Notes under the pieces: generated by a model | Database searches by the model: none | The model's input: only the letters and a program-made list of their open reading frames with translations | Told to the model about the DNA's origin: nothing | In this document: positions 1 through 13,261 of the stretch, piece after piece | Position numbering within the stretch: position 1 is the stretch's first letter | Layout of the letters: each line of letters opens with the position of its first letter | From: Candidatus Zhuqueibacterota bacterium | Lineage (GTDB): Bacteria; Zhuqueibacterota; Zhuqueibacteria; Thermofontimicrobiales; Thermofontimicrobiaceae | Direction: 5' to 3' | NCBI GenBank assembly: GCA_049322915.1 | Contig: JBMOPW010000002.1 | Coordinates: forward strand, 73,473 to 137,472 | Length of the DNA: 64,000 nucleotides | Position numbers and translations under genes: made by a program

Positions 1-219
1 TTCCCCGATGAAGGTCGGCATGCCGTCCGCGCGCAGCTTCGTTCCAACAATACCGAACGTGATGGTCGAACTGTCATCCAAAAAAATCATCTGCGTGAAA
101 TCGCCCACCTGCAATGGCGTGTAGCTGATGAAATTGGTCTCGACGACAGAGGGATCCATGTCGCAGGAAAGCAGCGACAGAACTATCAGCAGACGAACGA
201 ATTTTGAAATTTTTTCCAT
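1..219 (-). CDS. Putative lipoprotein, 5' part only (runs off the window start)
   Basis: Hand translation from ATG at 219: MEKISKFVRLLIVLSLLSCDMDPSVVETNF...; lipobox LLS-C; frame stays open to position 1. Confidence 0.65.
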   Translation of the reverse strand, partial: MEKISKFVRLLIVLSLLSCDMDPSVVETNFISYTPLQVGDFTQMIFLDDSSTITFGIVGTKLRADGMPTFIGE

Positions 220-350
220 TGGGTTTTTTAAGAGTTACTTTTCAAATAAAATTTATCCCGAACGGCGCGCCTATTTGGAGAGATACGTCCCGGTCATTAC
301 CTGCGTCGGAAAAATATCCAGCGCGATCGTTAGCCCTTGCTCGGTAGTTG

Positions 351-893
351 TTAAACAACATTACCGCGGTCTTCGATCTCTAACAGGACAGACCGAATGA
401 GTTGGGCAGTCTCGTTTCCATTGGTTAGAGGTAGACGTTCCAAAACAAATCGCTTCGATCCAATCAGGTCATCGGGATACCGTGGAAATAGCTGAAAGTG
501 CAAGTGATTGATCTCACCGTCGCACATTGTGTTCAAATAAACCTTCTTCGCGCCTAAGGCCTTCTTGATAGCCTTGATGGTTTTGACACACATTCGAAAG
601 ACACAGGCGGCTTCGTCTTCCGACAGAAAGGAAATGTCCTCGCGGTGCGGCTTATAAACAATGATTGTATGTCCCTTCATCCGAGGATAGAGATCCAACA
701 CCACCTTGAAAAGTTCATCTTCGTACACAAGGTATTGCTCTCCAAAGAGCTGACCCGTCGCGAGATCATAGCAAGTATAACAGATACCCCGCTGTCTCAG
801 TTCCTCGATTCTTTGAACCAATTGCTCACGCTTCTGTTTCCAGTCATTAGAGATGTCCATTGCGTTCTCCGACAACATAATACCGCTTGACAT
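351..893 (-). CDS. HIT-superfamily nucleotide hydrolase/transferase
   Basis: N-terminal CxxC (CYTC), PRMKGHTIIV, NHLHFQLFPR histidine-triad-like motif. Confidence 0.8.
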   Translation of the reverse strand: MSSGIMLSENAMDISNDWKQKREQLVQRIEELRQRGICYTCYDLATGQLFGEQYLVYEDELFKVVLDLYPRMKGHTIIVYKPHREDISFLSEDEAACVFRMCVKTIKAIKKALGAKKVYLNTMCDGEINHLHFQLFPRYPDDLIGSKRFVLERLPLTNGNETAQLIRSVLLEIEDRGNVV

Positions 894-951
894 TCACTAT
901 CGTGATGGCGACAATCGGGCTAACATGTGGATAGACAACAGATTCTATAGA

Positions 952-2238
952 TTACACTTCTCCAAGCACTCTATCCAAAATTGAAACCGATTCGTCGATC
1001 AATTCCAGGGAGATGATGAGCGGCGGGGCCACGCGCATGACATTGCCATGCAATCCCAATTTGCCAACCATCAGCCCGTTCTCCACGCATCGGAGCACGA
1101 TTTTCCTGGTCGCCTCGCTAGCAGGCTCTTTCGTCGCCCGATCTTTGACAAATTCGAGGCCATAGACCATGCCCATTCCGCGCACATCGCCAATGATGGG
1201 ATGTTTGGCCTGTAATTCCAGGAGTTTCGTTTTCAAATACGCGCCGGTCTCGGCAGCTTTTTGAACCAGATTTTCTTCATCCATAATTTCCAACACGGCC
1301 AGCGCTCCGGCGCAGCTCAAAGGATTCCCGCCCAAGGTGGAGGACATTTCTCCTGTTTCCAGCGCAGCGATGATGCAGGACTCGGTGACCACTGCGGCGA
1401 TGGGCACGCCGCAGCCAATCCCTTTACCCAGCGTGACGATATTCGGCTGCAATTGCTCGTGTTCCAGAGCCCACATTTTCCCGGTGCGGCCGTAGGAGGA
1501 TTGCACCTCATCGAGAATGAAAATCAGGTTGCGGGCATTGGCCCACACTTCCAGTTTTTTCAAATAGCCAGCCGGCGGGAAAATGAATCCGGCTGCTCCC
1601 TGGTACGGCTCGATGATGAGCGCGCCCAGGTTGCCGGTCGATTCGTAATTCACAACCTGATCCAGATATTTCAGACAGAAGAGATCGCAGTCCGGGTGCG
1701 TTTTACCGAAGGGGCAGCGGTAACAATAGGGGTAGGGCGCGAACACAGCGCCGGGCAACATCGGGCCGAAATTTCGCTTGATCGATTGAATGCCGGACAG
1801 ACTCATCGGGCCGAATGTACGGCCGTGGAATCCGCCCCAGAACGACAGAATTTCGAACTTGCCGCTTTTCCGTCTTGCCATGCGAATGGCGGCGTCGGTG
1901 GCCTCAGAGCCGGTGGTGACGAAGAAAACTTTGTCCAGATGCGCAGGGAACCGCTCGATGATTTTTTGAGCCAATTCCAATCGCTGCGGCGAGGGAAAAT
2001 CGTACAGGTTGAGCAGCCGCTCTGCCTGTTGGGATATCGCCCGGGCAATTTTCGGATGGGCATGGCCTACGTTGGTCACCAGCACGCCGGACGTCCAGTC
2101 GATGTAATGATTGCCGTCCACATCCCAGATTTCAGCGCCGCGCGCATGGTCCCACACAACCGGGGCCTGCCAGCTAAACGTGGCGCCTTCATATTTTTCA
2201 GATAATTTCAGATAGTCATGGGTCTTTGTAAATTTCAT
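952..2238 (-). CDS. Class III PLP-dependent aminotransferase (4-aminobutyrate/ornithine aminotransferase-like)
   Basis: WDVDGNHYID, GSEA, FHGRT, IIEPYQG, DEVQSSYGRTG, PLP lysine in TLGKGIG; start moved to 2238 behind a GGAG RBS, which removes the overlap with the upstream gene. Confidence 0.9.
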   Translation of the reverse strand: MKFTKTHDYLKLSEKYEGATFSWQAPVVWDHARGAEIWDVDGNHYIDWTSGVLVTNVGHAHPKIARAISQQAERLLNLYDFPSPQRLELAQKIIERFPAHLDKVFFVTTGSEATDAAIRMARRKSGKFEILSFWGGFHGRTFGPMSLSGIQSIKRNFGPMLPGAVFAPYPYCYRCPFGKTHPDCDLFCLKYLDQVVNYESTGNLGALIIEPYQGAAGFIFPPAGYLKKLEVWANARNLIFILDEVQSSYGRTGKMWALEHEQLQPNIVTLGKGIGCGVPIAAVVTESCIIAALETGEMSSTLGGNPLSCAGALAVLEIMDEENLVQKAAETGAYLKTKLLELQAKHPIIGDVRGMGMVYGLEFVKDRATKEPASEATRKIVLRCVENGLMVGKLGLHGNVMRVAPPLIISLELIDESVSILDRVLGEV

Positions 2239-2251
2239 GGTCATCTCCGGG

Positions 2252-3127
2252 TCAGTGTTGATTTTCAAAATATTTTGGTTCATCATGCAAATGAATCATG
2301 AGGTGAATTCGGCTCCCGGCGCATTCCGCCAGTCCGAATTGCTGCTTGAAATCTTTGAAAGTGAATGCGCGCTCACTGGTTTCGAGAATTTCCAGATAGG
2401 GATCGAGATTGGTTCGGAGGTGTTCGAAGGTCCTTTTCGCTTCGATCGAGTCGGCGTGCAGAGTGATGATCTGCGTGAACTCTTTTCCCTGATCATCAAT
2501 GTAATCGCCCACCACGCCGTAATTCCGTCCCTGCAATTGCAGAATGTCGCCCTCTCCGAACGTGAAAATTGGCTGGAGGCCGTACATCCCGCGGATGATT
2601 AATTCCGAGCCGGGGACAAGGTTGAATTTTGGCAAATGCCGGAGCAAATCGACCGGCGGCGTTTCCGGTATGTTCGAAAGCATGGCCTGCGCCAGCGCAA
2701 CCAGCACAGGTCTGAACGCGTCATCGCCATCGAAATTATTGAGCTGGATGAAGTAATCGCCCTGGACAAAGATCACCTGGTAGGTGTTGCCGGAATTGCG
2801 CGCCGCGATCTCTTCCAGGGGCGTTTCCTTCCCGCATTTCATCAGATAAATTCCCAGCGCCGCTTCAGGGCATTCCATCTGATAGGCTTCGAGGACGATT
2901 TCGTGGCTTCCGTTTTGATAAGGCTGCACCTGCAATTCGACAAATCCGAATTCGAGAAATAGCTCTGCGCCGCCGTTGATGTGGTTGAACAGATCTTCTT
3001 TGGGAAAGCGCAGCAGCGAACCGGATTTGCTCCAGCCGGGGACGACATCGTTGCCGGGCAGGTCGATGCCGGCAACCAGAGGAGAAGAGAGAGAGAGTAA
3101 GAAACCGATTAAAAGTGTTCGGAGCAT
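2252..3127 (-). CDS. Secreted hypothetical protein (DUF6599-like)
   Basis: Signal peptide; LFNHINGGAELFLEFGF motif with a second degenerate copy in the C-terminal half. Confidence 0.6.
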   Translation of the reverse strand: MLRTLLIGFLLSLSSPLVAGIDLPGNDVVPGWSKSGSLLRFPKEDLFNHINGGAELFLEFGFVELQVQPYQNGSHEIVLEAYQMECPEAALGIYLMKCGKETPLEEIAARNSGNTYQVIFVQGDYFIQLNNFDGDDAFRPVLVALAQAMLSNIPETPPVDLLRHLPKFNLVPGSELIIRGMYGLQPIFTFGEGDILQLQGRNYGVVGDYIDDQGKEFTQIITLHADSIEAKRTFEHLRTNLDPYLEILETSERAFTFKDFKQQFGLAECAGSRIHLMIHLHDEPKYFENQH

Positions 3128-3251
3128 AGGTTTTACTTGCTGAATTCAGATCGCCCTCAATTTCCGCACCAGGGCGATCATGCGTTGTTTCGGATTATTG
3201 CGGATGGCTCATTGGCCAGACCCATGGCGCGATCTGGCCATGCCGAGCCTG

Positions 3252-4364
<1,113 letters not shown>

Positions 4365-4409
4365 GATGTTCCTTCCGTTGGTGCGTATTCATTTTCTATT
4401 TTTGCCACG

Positions 4410-4566
4410 AAACTCGAAACAAAAAATCACAAAATTAAAATCTCAAAATTCAAATAATACTCAATATCCAAAAAGCAAATTCAAAATAAAAAGCAGTAAA
4501 TTTGGGAGCTTTGTGATTTCGAATTTATTTTTATCTGGAATTTGTATTTTGCTTTTTGGAATTTTC
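4410..4566. repeat. Imperfect palindrome of degenerate ~7-bp A-rich / T-rich units
   Basis: Left arm aatatccaaaaagcaaattcaaa versus right arm tttgtattttgctttttggaatt (near reverse complement). Confidence 0.6.
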
Positions 4567-4587
4567 AGTCTTAATCTTTGCCTATGC

Positions 4588-5799
4588 CTATGCCTTTATA
4601 TGCTGAATTTTCTCCGTGTTGGCGACGCCCAATCCCAGCCTTTCCCCGTAGTACAAATATTCGGTGAACATGGGGTGCTCATTCACGCGGACGTTTTTCT
4701 CCTTCCGAATTGCGAGCAGCAGATTATGGCACACCATATCCAGCGCAAAGGGATCGGTGGCGAAGAACAGCCGGTTGTAGTTGAATGTGAAAGCCGCATC
4801 CGGGCCGGGACCGCCGTCGTACTGGCCGCGCAGGCCATCGGTGATGTTGAGCACCATTTTATCCCGGATGACCGGAAAGGCCAGCACTTCGGTGCAGACA
4901 TCGAAGAACAGCGGCCGATGCAGCCGATTGGTATTGCACACGGCGCCGTAGCCGATATTTTTCGTGGCCATGGAAATGCCGTTGCCGGTATTTTTGAACA
5001 CCGGCACATTGATGATTTTCGTCAGTTTTTTGGTGAGCAAATTGCCGAAATAGGAATGTTTTCCGTTGAACACATGCTGGTTGAGATAGGGCAAATCTTT
5101 GGGGCCATCGACGTCGGCCCAGTAAAACGCTTCCATGTCAAAATTGGCAGCGCTCACGTGATTGCCGTCTTTGTCCAGCCATTTGCTGTTATCCTCGGTC
5201 TTTCCCTCCGCGGCCGCTTCGTCCATCGTCTGCAATCCCTCGATGCCAATGCCGGGAAAGCGATCCTGTGTAAATCCTGCGTCGGCGAGCATGTAATCGA
5301 AACGATCCCAGATGATGATATTCTGCCGCTTCATGCCATTGTCCGTGAGCCAGGCGATGATGGCGTCGACGACCTCCAGCCGGGTGCTGATCAATCCCGC
5401 GCCCACCGGATTGACTTTGATGCCGACGATATCCTTTTTATCGAATAACAATTTGAAGCTCTTTTTCAGATTTTTGCCAGTCAGTTTTTCAATCCCGTCT
5501 TTCACCATGGCGTTGATGGCGTCGGCATTGGGTTTTTCATCGACCAGGGCTTTCTCGTTGAAAATTTCCACCACTTTGCCGGGAAATGGACCGGGCATCG
5601 AATTGGCCAGTCGCGGCGCCTTCATTGCATCGTCGATATTCGTCTTTGGTTTTTGACGCGCCTGATTGGTTTTATCCTGCGCCCAAAGAGCGGGCGTGCC
5701 CAGGACGAGCCCGGCGCCAGCGGCGCTGCTGACTTTCAGAAATTCACGCCGGTTCACTTCAAAGATCGTTTTCATGGAACGATATCCTGATTTTGCCAT
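4588..5799 (-). CDS. Tat-exported DUF362 domain protein
   Basis: NRREFLK twin-arginine signal; VGIKVN, KIINVPVFKN...ISMATKN, FATDPFALD motifs. Confidence 0.8.
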   Translation of the reverse strand: MAKSGYRSMKTIFEVNRREFLKVSSAAGAGLVLGTPALWAQDKTNQARQKPKTNIDDAMKAPRLANSMPGPFPGKVVEIFNEKALVDEKPNADAINAMVKDGIEKLTGKNLKKSFKLLFDKKDIVGIKVNPVGAGLISTRLEVVDAIIAWLTDNGMKRQNIIIWDRFDYMLADAGFTQDRFPGIGIEGLQTMDEAAAEGKTEDNSKWLDKDGNHVSAANFDMEAFYWADVDGPKDLPYLNQHVFNGKHSYFGNLLTKKLTKIINVPVFKNTGNGISMATKNIGYGAVCNTNRLHRPLFFDVCTEVLAFPVIRDKMVLNITDGLRGQYDGGPGPDAAFTFNYNRLFFATDPFALDMVCHNLLLAIRKEKNVRVNEHPMFTEYLYYGERLGLGVANTEKIQHIKA

Positions 5800-6029
5800 G
5801 GCTTTCTCCTTGTTGGTTAGACCGTGTTACTCCGAATTTTTCACGCTTGATATGATTGGAATATGGGTGTTGCTCATTGCCGGAATTGGCCTGATTCAAT
5901 CGTCAGTGATGCCCATCTTCAGCCTGTCTTTCAGCAGTAAAATCAATTGAATGGTTGGCATAATATAATAATAATTCGTGATTCATACAACTTAAAAAAT
6001 TGATAGGAAGAAATTTTACAAAAAATTAG

Positions 6030-6190
6030 CCTGCATTATTCATCGTATTTTTAAAGGAGGCTGGCTAACCTGAATGGTGCTCTTTTTAGAATAAACGTAT
6101 AAAAACTGAGTTTCAAAATAGCTTAGTTTTTAGCTAGTTGAAAATCTGAATGTTGACTCAAATTCTGAGCAAGTTCATGAATAATTCAGG
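6030..6190. mobile_element. 161-bp MITE, copy 1
   Basis: 14-bp TIRs CCTGCATTATTCAT / ATGAATAATTCAGG; TTAG on both flanks (6026-6029, 6191-6194); near-identical copy at 48974-49134. Confidence 0.85.
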
Positions 6191-6209
6191 TTAGATTTTA
6201 TGCTCTGGT

Positions 6210-6248
6210 AAAAAAAAAAGAACCCGCCTCTGAGTCGAAGACGGGTTC
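6210..6248 (-). terminator. Rho-independent terminator of the M16 peptidase gene
   Basis: gaacccg...cgggttc stem followed by a long U-tract on the minus strand. Confidence 0.8.
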
Positions 6249-6274
6249 GGAATTTTGGCGCAATAATGGCTGAC

Positions 6275-9010
6275 TTATTTTTCAACCGGGCCGGCAATGA
6301 CCGTTGCGTTGGCTTTCTTGAAATTGAAATACGTATTCATGAGCCTGTCCAGACTTTCTTTGGTCACGCTGTTGATTTTGCCGGGGTAGGAGTCCAGATA
6401 ATCGTAGCCGAGGCCATTCACTTTCATGTCCAGAACCTGGCCGGCAATCTGCGAATTGGTGTCCACGGAACGGAAGGTTGAGCCGATGAGGTAATTTTTG
6501 GCCAGAGTGAGCTCTTCGTCCGTTGGTTTTTCGGTGAACAGGCGATTCAGTTCGTAATCGGTATTGATGATGCAACTGTCGATGGTGGCTTTGGCAGTGC
6601 GTACCGAAGCGACCCAGTGTCCGCCGTTTTTAAAGCTGCGGAAACCGCTCGTGGCGCCGTATGTCCAGCCGTGCTGGACGCGCAAATTGCGACCCAATCG
6701 GCTGCTGAGGGTTGATCCGCCAAAAATATAATTCAGCACCTGAAGCGGCACATAATCCGGATTGCTGTAGGTGACGCCGGGGAATCCGTAGAAGACGTCG
6801 CCCTGGGCTTTTTCCATCATGGAAACGACGCTGCGATGCGATCCTTCCAGCGGCGGTACCGGCGGGATGGCCAGTTCCGGGGATTTCGTACCGGCCTTCC
6901 AGTTCCCGAATTTGGCTTTGATCAACTTTTCAGCTTCGGACAGATTGATGTCGCCGACCAGCACGATCGTTGTCTGTTCCGGTCGGTAATAGTTCGCCCA
7001 AAATGTTTTGCAATCGTCCAGCGAAAGATTGGCCAACGTGGTTTCATTGCCGGCGCTCTCCTTGCTGTACGGATGATTGGGATACATAATTTTTCGGAAG
7101 GCAACATCCGCCACGCTCCGTGCATTTTTCATCCGCTGCTTGGCTGACGCCACGGCCTGCTGCTTTTCGATCTCAAAGCCATCCTGGGGAAATGAGGGCT
7201 TCTGCAGCATGTCGGCGAGAATGGAGACAGTGACATCGATGTCCTTTTTCAGGCAGTGAGCCATGAACGACGCGTTTTCCATCCCGGCGCCGATTTCGAC
7301 GGATGCATTCACGAACTCCAGCGTCTCATTGATCTGGTCGTAGCTGCGGGTTGCAGTGCCGCGCCGCATGGTGTTTGCAGTCAATGACGACAATCCCATT
7401 TTATCCCAGGGATCATACACGCCGCCGGCAGTGATGGAGCCGGAGATTGAGACAATCGGCAGTATCTTATTTTCCAGAACGACGAGGGTTATACCATTGC
7501 TCAATTTTTTCTCCTTGATCCTCGGCGCCAGTGGATTAATTTTGATATCGCCAACGGATTGCCCGGATTCGGCCGGCGGAAAGTAGAAATTCATGTCGCC
7601 GAACATGGATTCCAACTGATGCTCCGGCTCTGTCATGCCGTAAAATGTAGTGCGCTGACTGTTGGACGAATGCCCGGCAGCCGCTTCAGATTTGGCGGGA
7701 AACAATCGGCCAATGGTCAGGTTGTTCGGCCGGAAATATTTTTTCGCCACCGCCAGCAGTCCCTCTTTGGTGACTTTCTGAATGGCTTCCAGCTCTTCAT
7801 CCACATAGTTGTAGGATTTGTACAGTTGATATTGCCCAATGGTGAACGCCTGATTCATCGTGCCTTCCTGATCGTAGATCGTGGAAGCCAGCGTGCGGTT
7901 TTTCGCCTTCTCCAGTTCCAGGTCAGTGACCGGCTCTTCGACGACTTTTCGGATTTCTTCATTGAGTGCGTTCTCGGCTGCAGAGAGTTCCACGCCGGGC
8001 ATCACGTTCACTGAGAAACTGAAAAGGTTGGGCAGCTTGCTCAATTCCGCAAAGCCGGATGCCGAAGAAGCCAGTCGCGCTTCGACCAACGCCTTTTCCA
8101 GCCGGCTGGTGCGTCCGCTGGAGAGTATCTGGGACAGAACGATCAACTCCGCATGTTCGCCGCAACCGAACTCCGGAATATGATACCGATAGGTGAGCAC
8201 CGGCAGATTGGTTTTCTCGGAATAGCTTTCGACGATGCGGGTCGAATTCTGCGCAGGCTCCGCTGTCTTCACCGGGGGCACTTCAGGTCCCCGCGGGATG
8301 GCGCCGAAATATTGCTTGACCATGTCGATGGCTTCGGCAGCATCGATATCGCCGGCAATTACAATGAACGCATTGTTGGGCGTGTAAAATGTTTTGTAGT
8401 AATTGTGCACATCCTCGTACGTCATGGTCTGCAAGTCCGTCATCCAGCCGACCACCGACCAGTGGTAGGGAGAAGCCAGATGGGCGACCGCGCTCACTTC
8501 TTCGTCCCAGAGTCCGGTAGGCTGATCTTCCAGCGTCTGGCGCCGTTCGTTTTGAATGACAATGATTTCGCTCTCGAAATCCTCTTTGGCCATTTTGGAA
8601 TTGGCCATTCGGTCGGATTCGATGCGCATGGCAATGTCCAGCTTGTTTTTGGGCATGATTTCAAAATACACAGTCATGTCATTTGCAGTGCCGGCGTTGA
8701 ATGTGCCGCCATTGCCCTGAACCATTTCCATCATCTGGTCGCGGCTCATGGTTGGCGTGCCTTTGAACATCATGTGCTCGCACACATGACTGATGCCGGT
8801 GATGCCGGTGCGCTCGTTTTTTGAGCCGACCTGATACCACACGGTGAACGCAACGATGGGCGATGTGCGAATTTCCTTGATCAGCACCTTGAGCCCGTTT
8901 TCCAGCGTGACCTCTTTAATATCTTCTGTTTTGGCTAACAGCATCGAATGGAATGCCATCAATGTCACTAACAGAAGAACTGCTATCAAGCGATGGGTCG
9001 TTTGCCGCAT
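6275..9010 (-). CDS. Secreted M16 family zinc protease (pitrilysin/insulinase-like), two M16 halves
   Basis: Signal peptide; TLENGLKV; inverted zincin HVCEH in GISHVCEHMMFKGT; second half (LSNGITLVV) lacks HXXEH; start 9010 behind AGGAGG. Confidence 0.92.
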   Translation of the reverse strand: MRQTTHRLIAVLLLVTLMAFHSMLLAKTEDIKEVTLENGLKVLIKEIRTSPIVAFTVWYQVGSKNERTGITGISHVCEHMMFKGTPTMSRDQMMEMVQGNGGTFNAGTANDMTVYFEIMPKNKLDIAMRIESDRMANSKMAKEDFESEIIVIQNERRQTLEDQPTGLWDEEVSAVAHLASPYHWSVVGWMTDLQTMTYEDVHNYYKTFYTPNNAFIVIAGDIDAAEAIDMVKQYFGAIPRGPEVPPVKTAEPAQNSTRIVESYSEKTNLPVLTYRYHIPEFGCGEHAELIVLSQILSSGRTSRLEKALVEARLASSASGFAELSKLPNLFSFSVNVMPGVELSAAENALNEEIRKVVEEPVTDLELEKAKNRTLASTIYDQEGTMNQAFTIGQYQLYKSYNYVDEELEAIQKVTKEGLLAVAKKYFRPNNLTIGRLFPAKSEAAAGHSSNSQRTTFYGMTEPEHQLESMFGDMNFYFPPAESGQSVGDIKINPLAPRIKEKKLSNGITLVVLENKILPIVSISGSITAGGVYDPWDKMGLSSLTANTMRRGTATRSYDQINETLEFVNASVEIGAGMENASFMAHCLKKDIDVTVSILADMLQKPSFPQDGFEIEKQQAVASAKQRMKNARSVADVAFRKIMYPNHPYSKESAGNETTLANLSLDDCKTFWANYYRPEQTTIVLVGDINLSEAEKLIKAKFGNWKAGTKSPELAIPPVPPLEGSHRSVVSMMEKAQGDVFYGFPGVTYSNPDYVPLQVLNYIFGGSTLSSRLGRNLRVQHGWTYGATSGFRSFKNGGHWVASVRTAKATIDSCIINTDYELNRLFTEKPTDEELTLAKNYLIGSTFRSVDTNSQIAGQVLDMKVNGLGYDYLDSYPGKINSVTKESLDRLMNTYFNFKKANATVIAGPVEK

Positions 9011-9484
9011 ATTACCTCCTGAGATTGGGTTGGAGTGAATGGTGAATTTTAATTTCGTGGTGAATGTTCGTAAGGTTGAGATGTCGTCTAAAGATAATAA
9101 TTTATTCGGAAAAAACAATAGAAAAGAATGAAGACGCCCGGCAGAAGAGAATATTCCACTTCGTTGTCGAATATTCTACAATGGCCCAGGGGAATGAAAA
9201 TCCGGCACTCGCCCGAGTGCCCGGGAAATGCGGTTGAATCGGCCGGCGACGGGCAGTGACGGATGGTACGAAATTTGAACTATCCCGAGGATACGTCAGT
9301 TCAACCGTTTGACTGCGATGGAGAGTGAACGTATGATGTTGGTGTCGCTCCGCAGCATCAGCTACAACAGATGGAGCGCCGGAACTGCCCGGTCTTATTC
9401 GCTGTCGAATAAATAAAACAGGGCATTCGGATGACGCCGGTTCGCCGGCAAATTACCGATGCAAACAAAGGATGGAAAAAGACA

Positions 9485-12106
<2,622 letters not shown>

Positions 12107-12162
12107 TCCCGGCGCTTTCATCTGACTCTTCTTTATTGCGCGCCGGCCGTCAGAATTTCAGC

Positions 12163-12191
12163 TTGACTTTTTCAGAAGGTTAGTTTATATT
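12163..12191 (+). promoter_or_regulatory. Putative sigma70 promoter of the Crp/Fnr gene
   Basis: TTGACT-N17-TATATT. Confidence 0.55.
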
Positions 12192-12334
12192 TTTACATGA
12201 AATAGCAAGCGCCTGATGAAAACCGGTCGTCAGGTGGTTCCGAATCGGAATTGGCGCTGCGCCGCTGAAAAAGTCCTCTGCCACGGAATCCATGGCGCGA
12301 GGCGGTGCGATTACTAAAAAGGAGGCTGTCGCGA

Positions 12335-13027
12335 ATGGTGGAGACAGAACGATCAACAATAGACGTTCAACAATTTTTAGCATCGACCTTTCTCTTTCAG
12401 GATTTGTCTGAGGAACAACTGACGGTTGTGGAGCAGGCGGCGTCCGTCAAGAATATTCCCAAAGGCAGCCATTTGTTTTCAGACGGACAGCCAGCCACGG
12501 CTTTTTTCATCGTGGTGACCGGACGATTGAAAATTTACAAACTCTCTACCGAGGGAAACGAACAAATCCTTCATGTCCAGAATGACAATGATCTGATCGC
12601 CGAGGCCGTTATTTTTGATTTTGACACCTACCCGGCCTATTGCCAGGCGCTGGAAGACGCAACGCTCATCCGCATTTCCAGGACCGATTTCATCGACATG
12701 CTGCACCGTTTTCCTGAAATCTGCTTTCGTATCATGGGCGCTTACTCGCGTCGATTGCGGCTGCTGGTTTCCAAGATCGAGGAAATCTCGCTGCACGACA
12801 TCAAATCGCGAGTGGCCAATTATTTGATGAATCACAGCCAGGTTCAGGATAACCGGTGGCTTTGCACGCTCACGCTCACAAAGAAAGATCTGGCCTCGAT
12901 GCTGGGGACTATTCCCGAGACACTATCGAGGACGTTGCATTTCTTCAAACAGCAGAAGTTGATTGAAGAGAAAAAAAACACAATTGTCATTTTGAACAGA
13001 GAGAAATTGAAATCTCTGTGTCTGTGA
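12335..13027 (+). CDS. Crp/Fnr family transcriptional regulator (HcpR/Dnr-like)
   Basis: cNMP-binding-like domain, then HTH LASMLGTIPETLSRTL; no N-terminal FNR Cys cluster; AAGGAGG RBS. Confidence 0.9.
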   Translation: MVETERSTIDVQQFLASTFLFQDLSEEQLTVVEQAASVKNIPKGSHLFSDGQPATAFFIVVTGRLKIYKLSTEGNEQILHVQNDNDLIAEAVIFDFDTYPAYCQALEDATLIRISRTDFIDMLHRFPEICFRIMGAYSRRLRLLVSKIEEISLHDIKSRVANYLMNHSQVQDNRWLCTLTLTKKDLASMLGTIPETLSRTLHFFKQQKLIEEKKNTIVILNREKLKSLCL

Positions 13028-13164
13028 TGTTTCCCCATGGCCGGATTCCGGCGAAGGAAACTTCCGAACAAGACATAGAACGCTGAATAGTGACGATTAT
13101 AAAAATCCATGTTAGAAATTTAAGTGCAATCTATCCAGGCCTCCGCGAAAAATGCTCCGCCTCC

Positions 13165-13206
13165 TTGACTTTTGTCAATGGTAACTCCGTCCTGCCTGTG
13201 TATATT
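13165..13206 (+). promoter_or_regulatory. Crp/Fnr-type operator TTGAC-N4-GTCAA with a downstream -10 box
   Basis: TTGACttttGTCAA at 13165-13178; TATATT at 13201-13206 puts the box centre near -41.5 (class II activation geometry). Confidence 0.7.
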
Positions 13207-13261
13207 CCTCTCAAAACGAGCAATAAATCATTTCATACGAATGAACCGGAGGTATTTGACC

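Noticed and set aside
9200..9300. Cobalamin-riboswitch-like GGGAA...GGT..AAT string upstream of copA
   Set aside because: Remaining conserved elements and the B12 box are not evident, and the gene context does not fit
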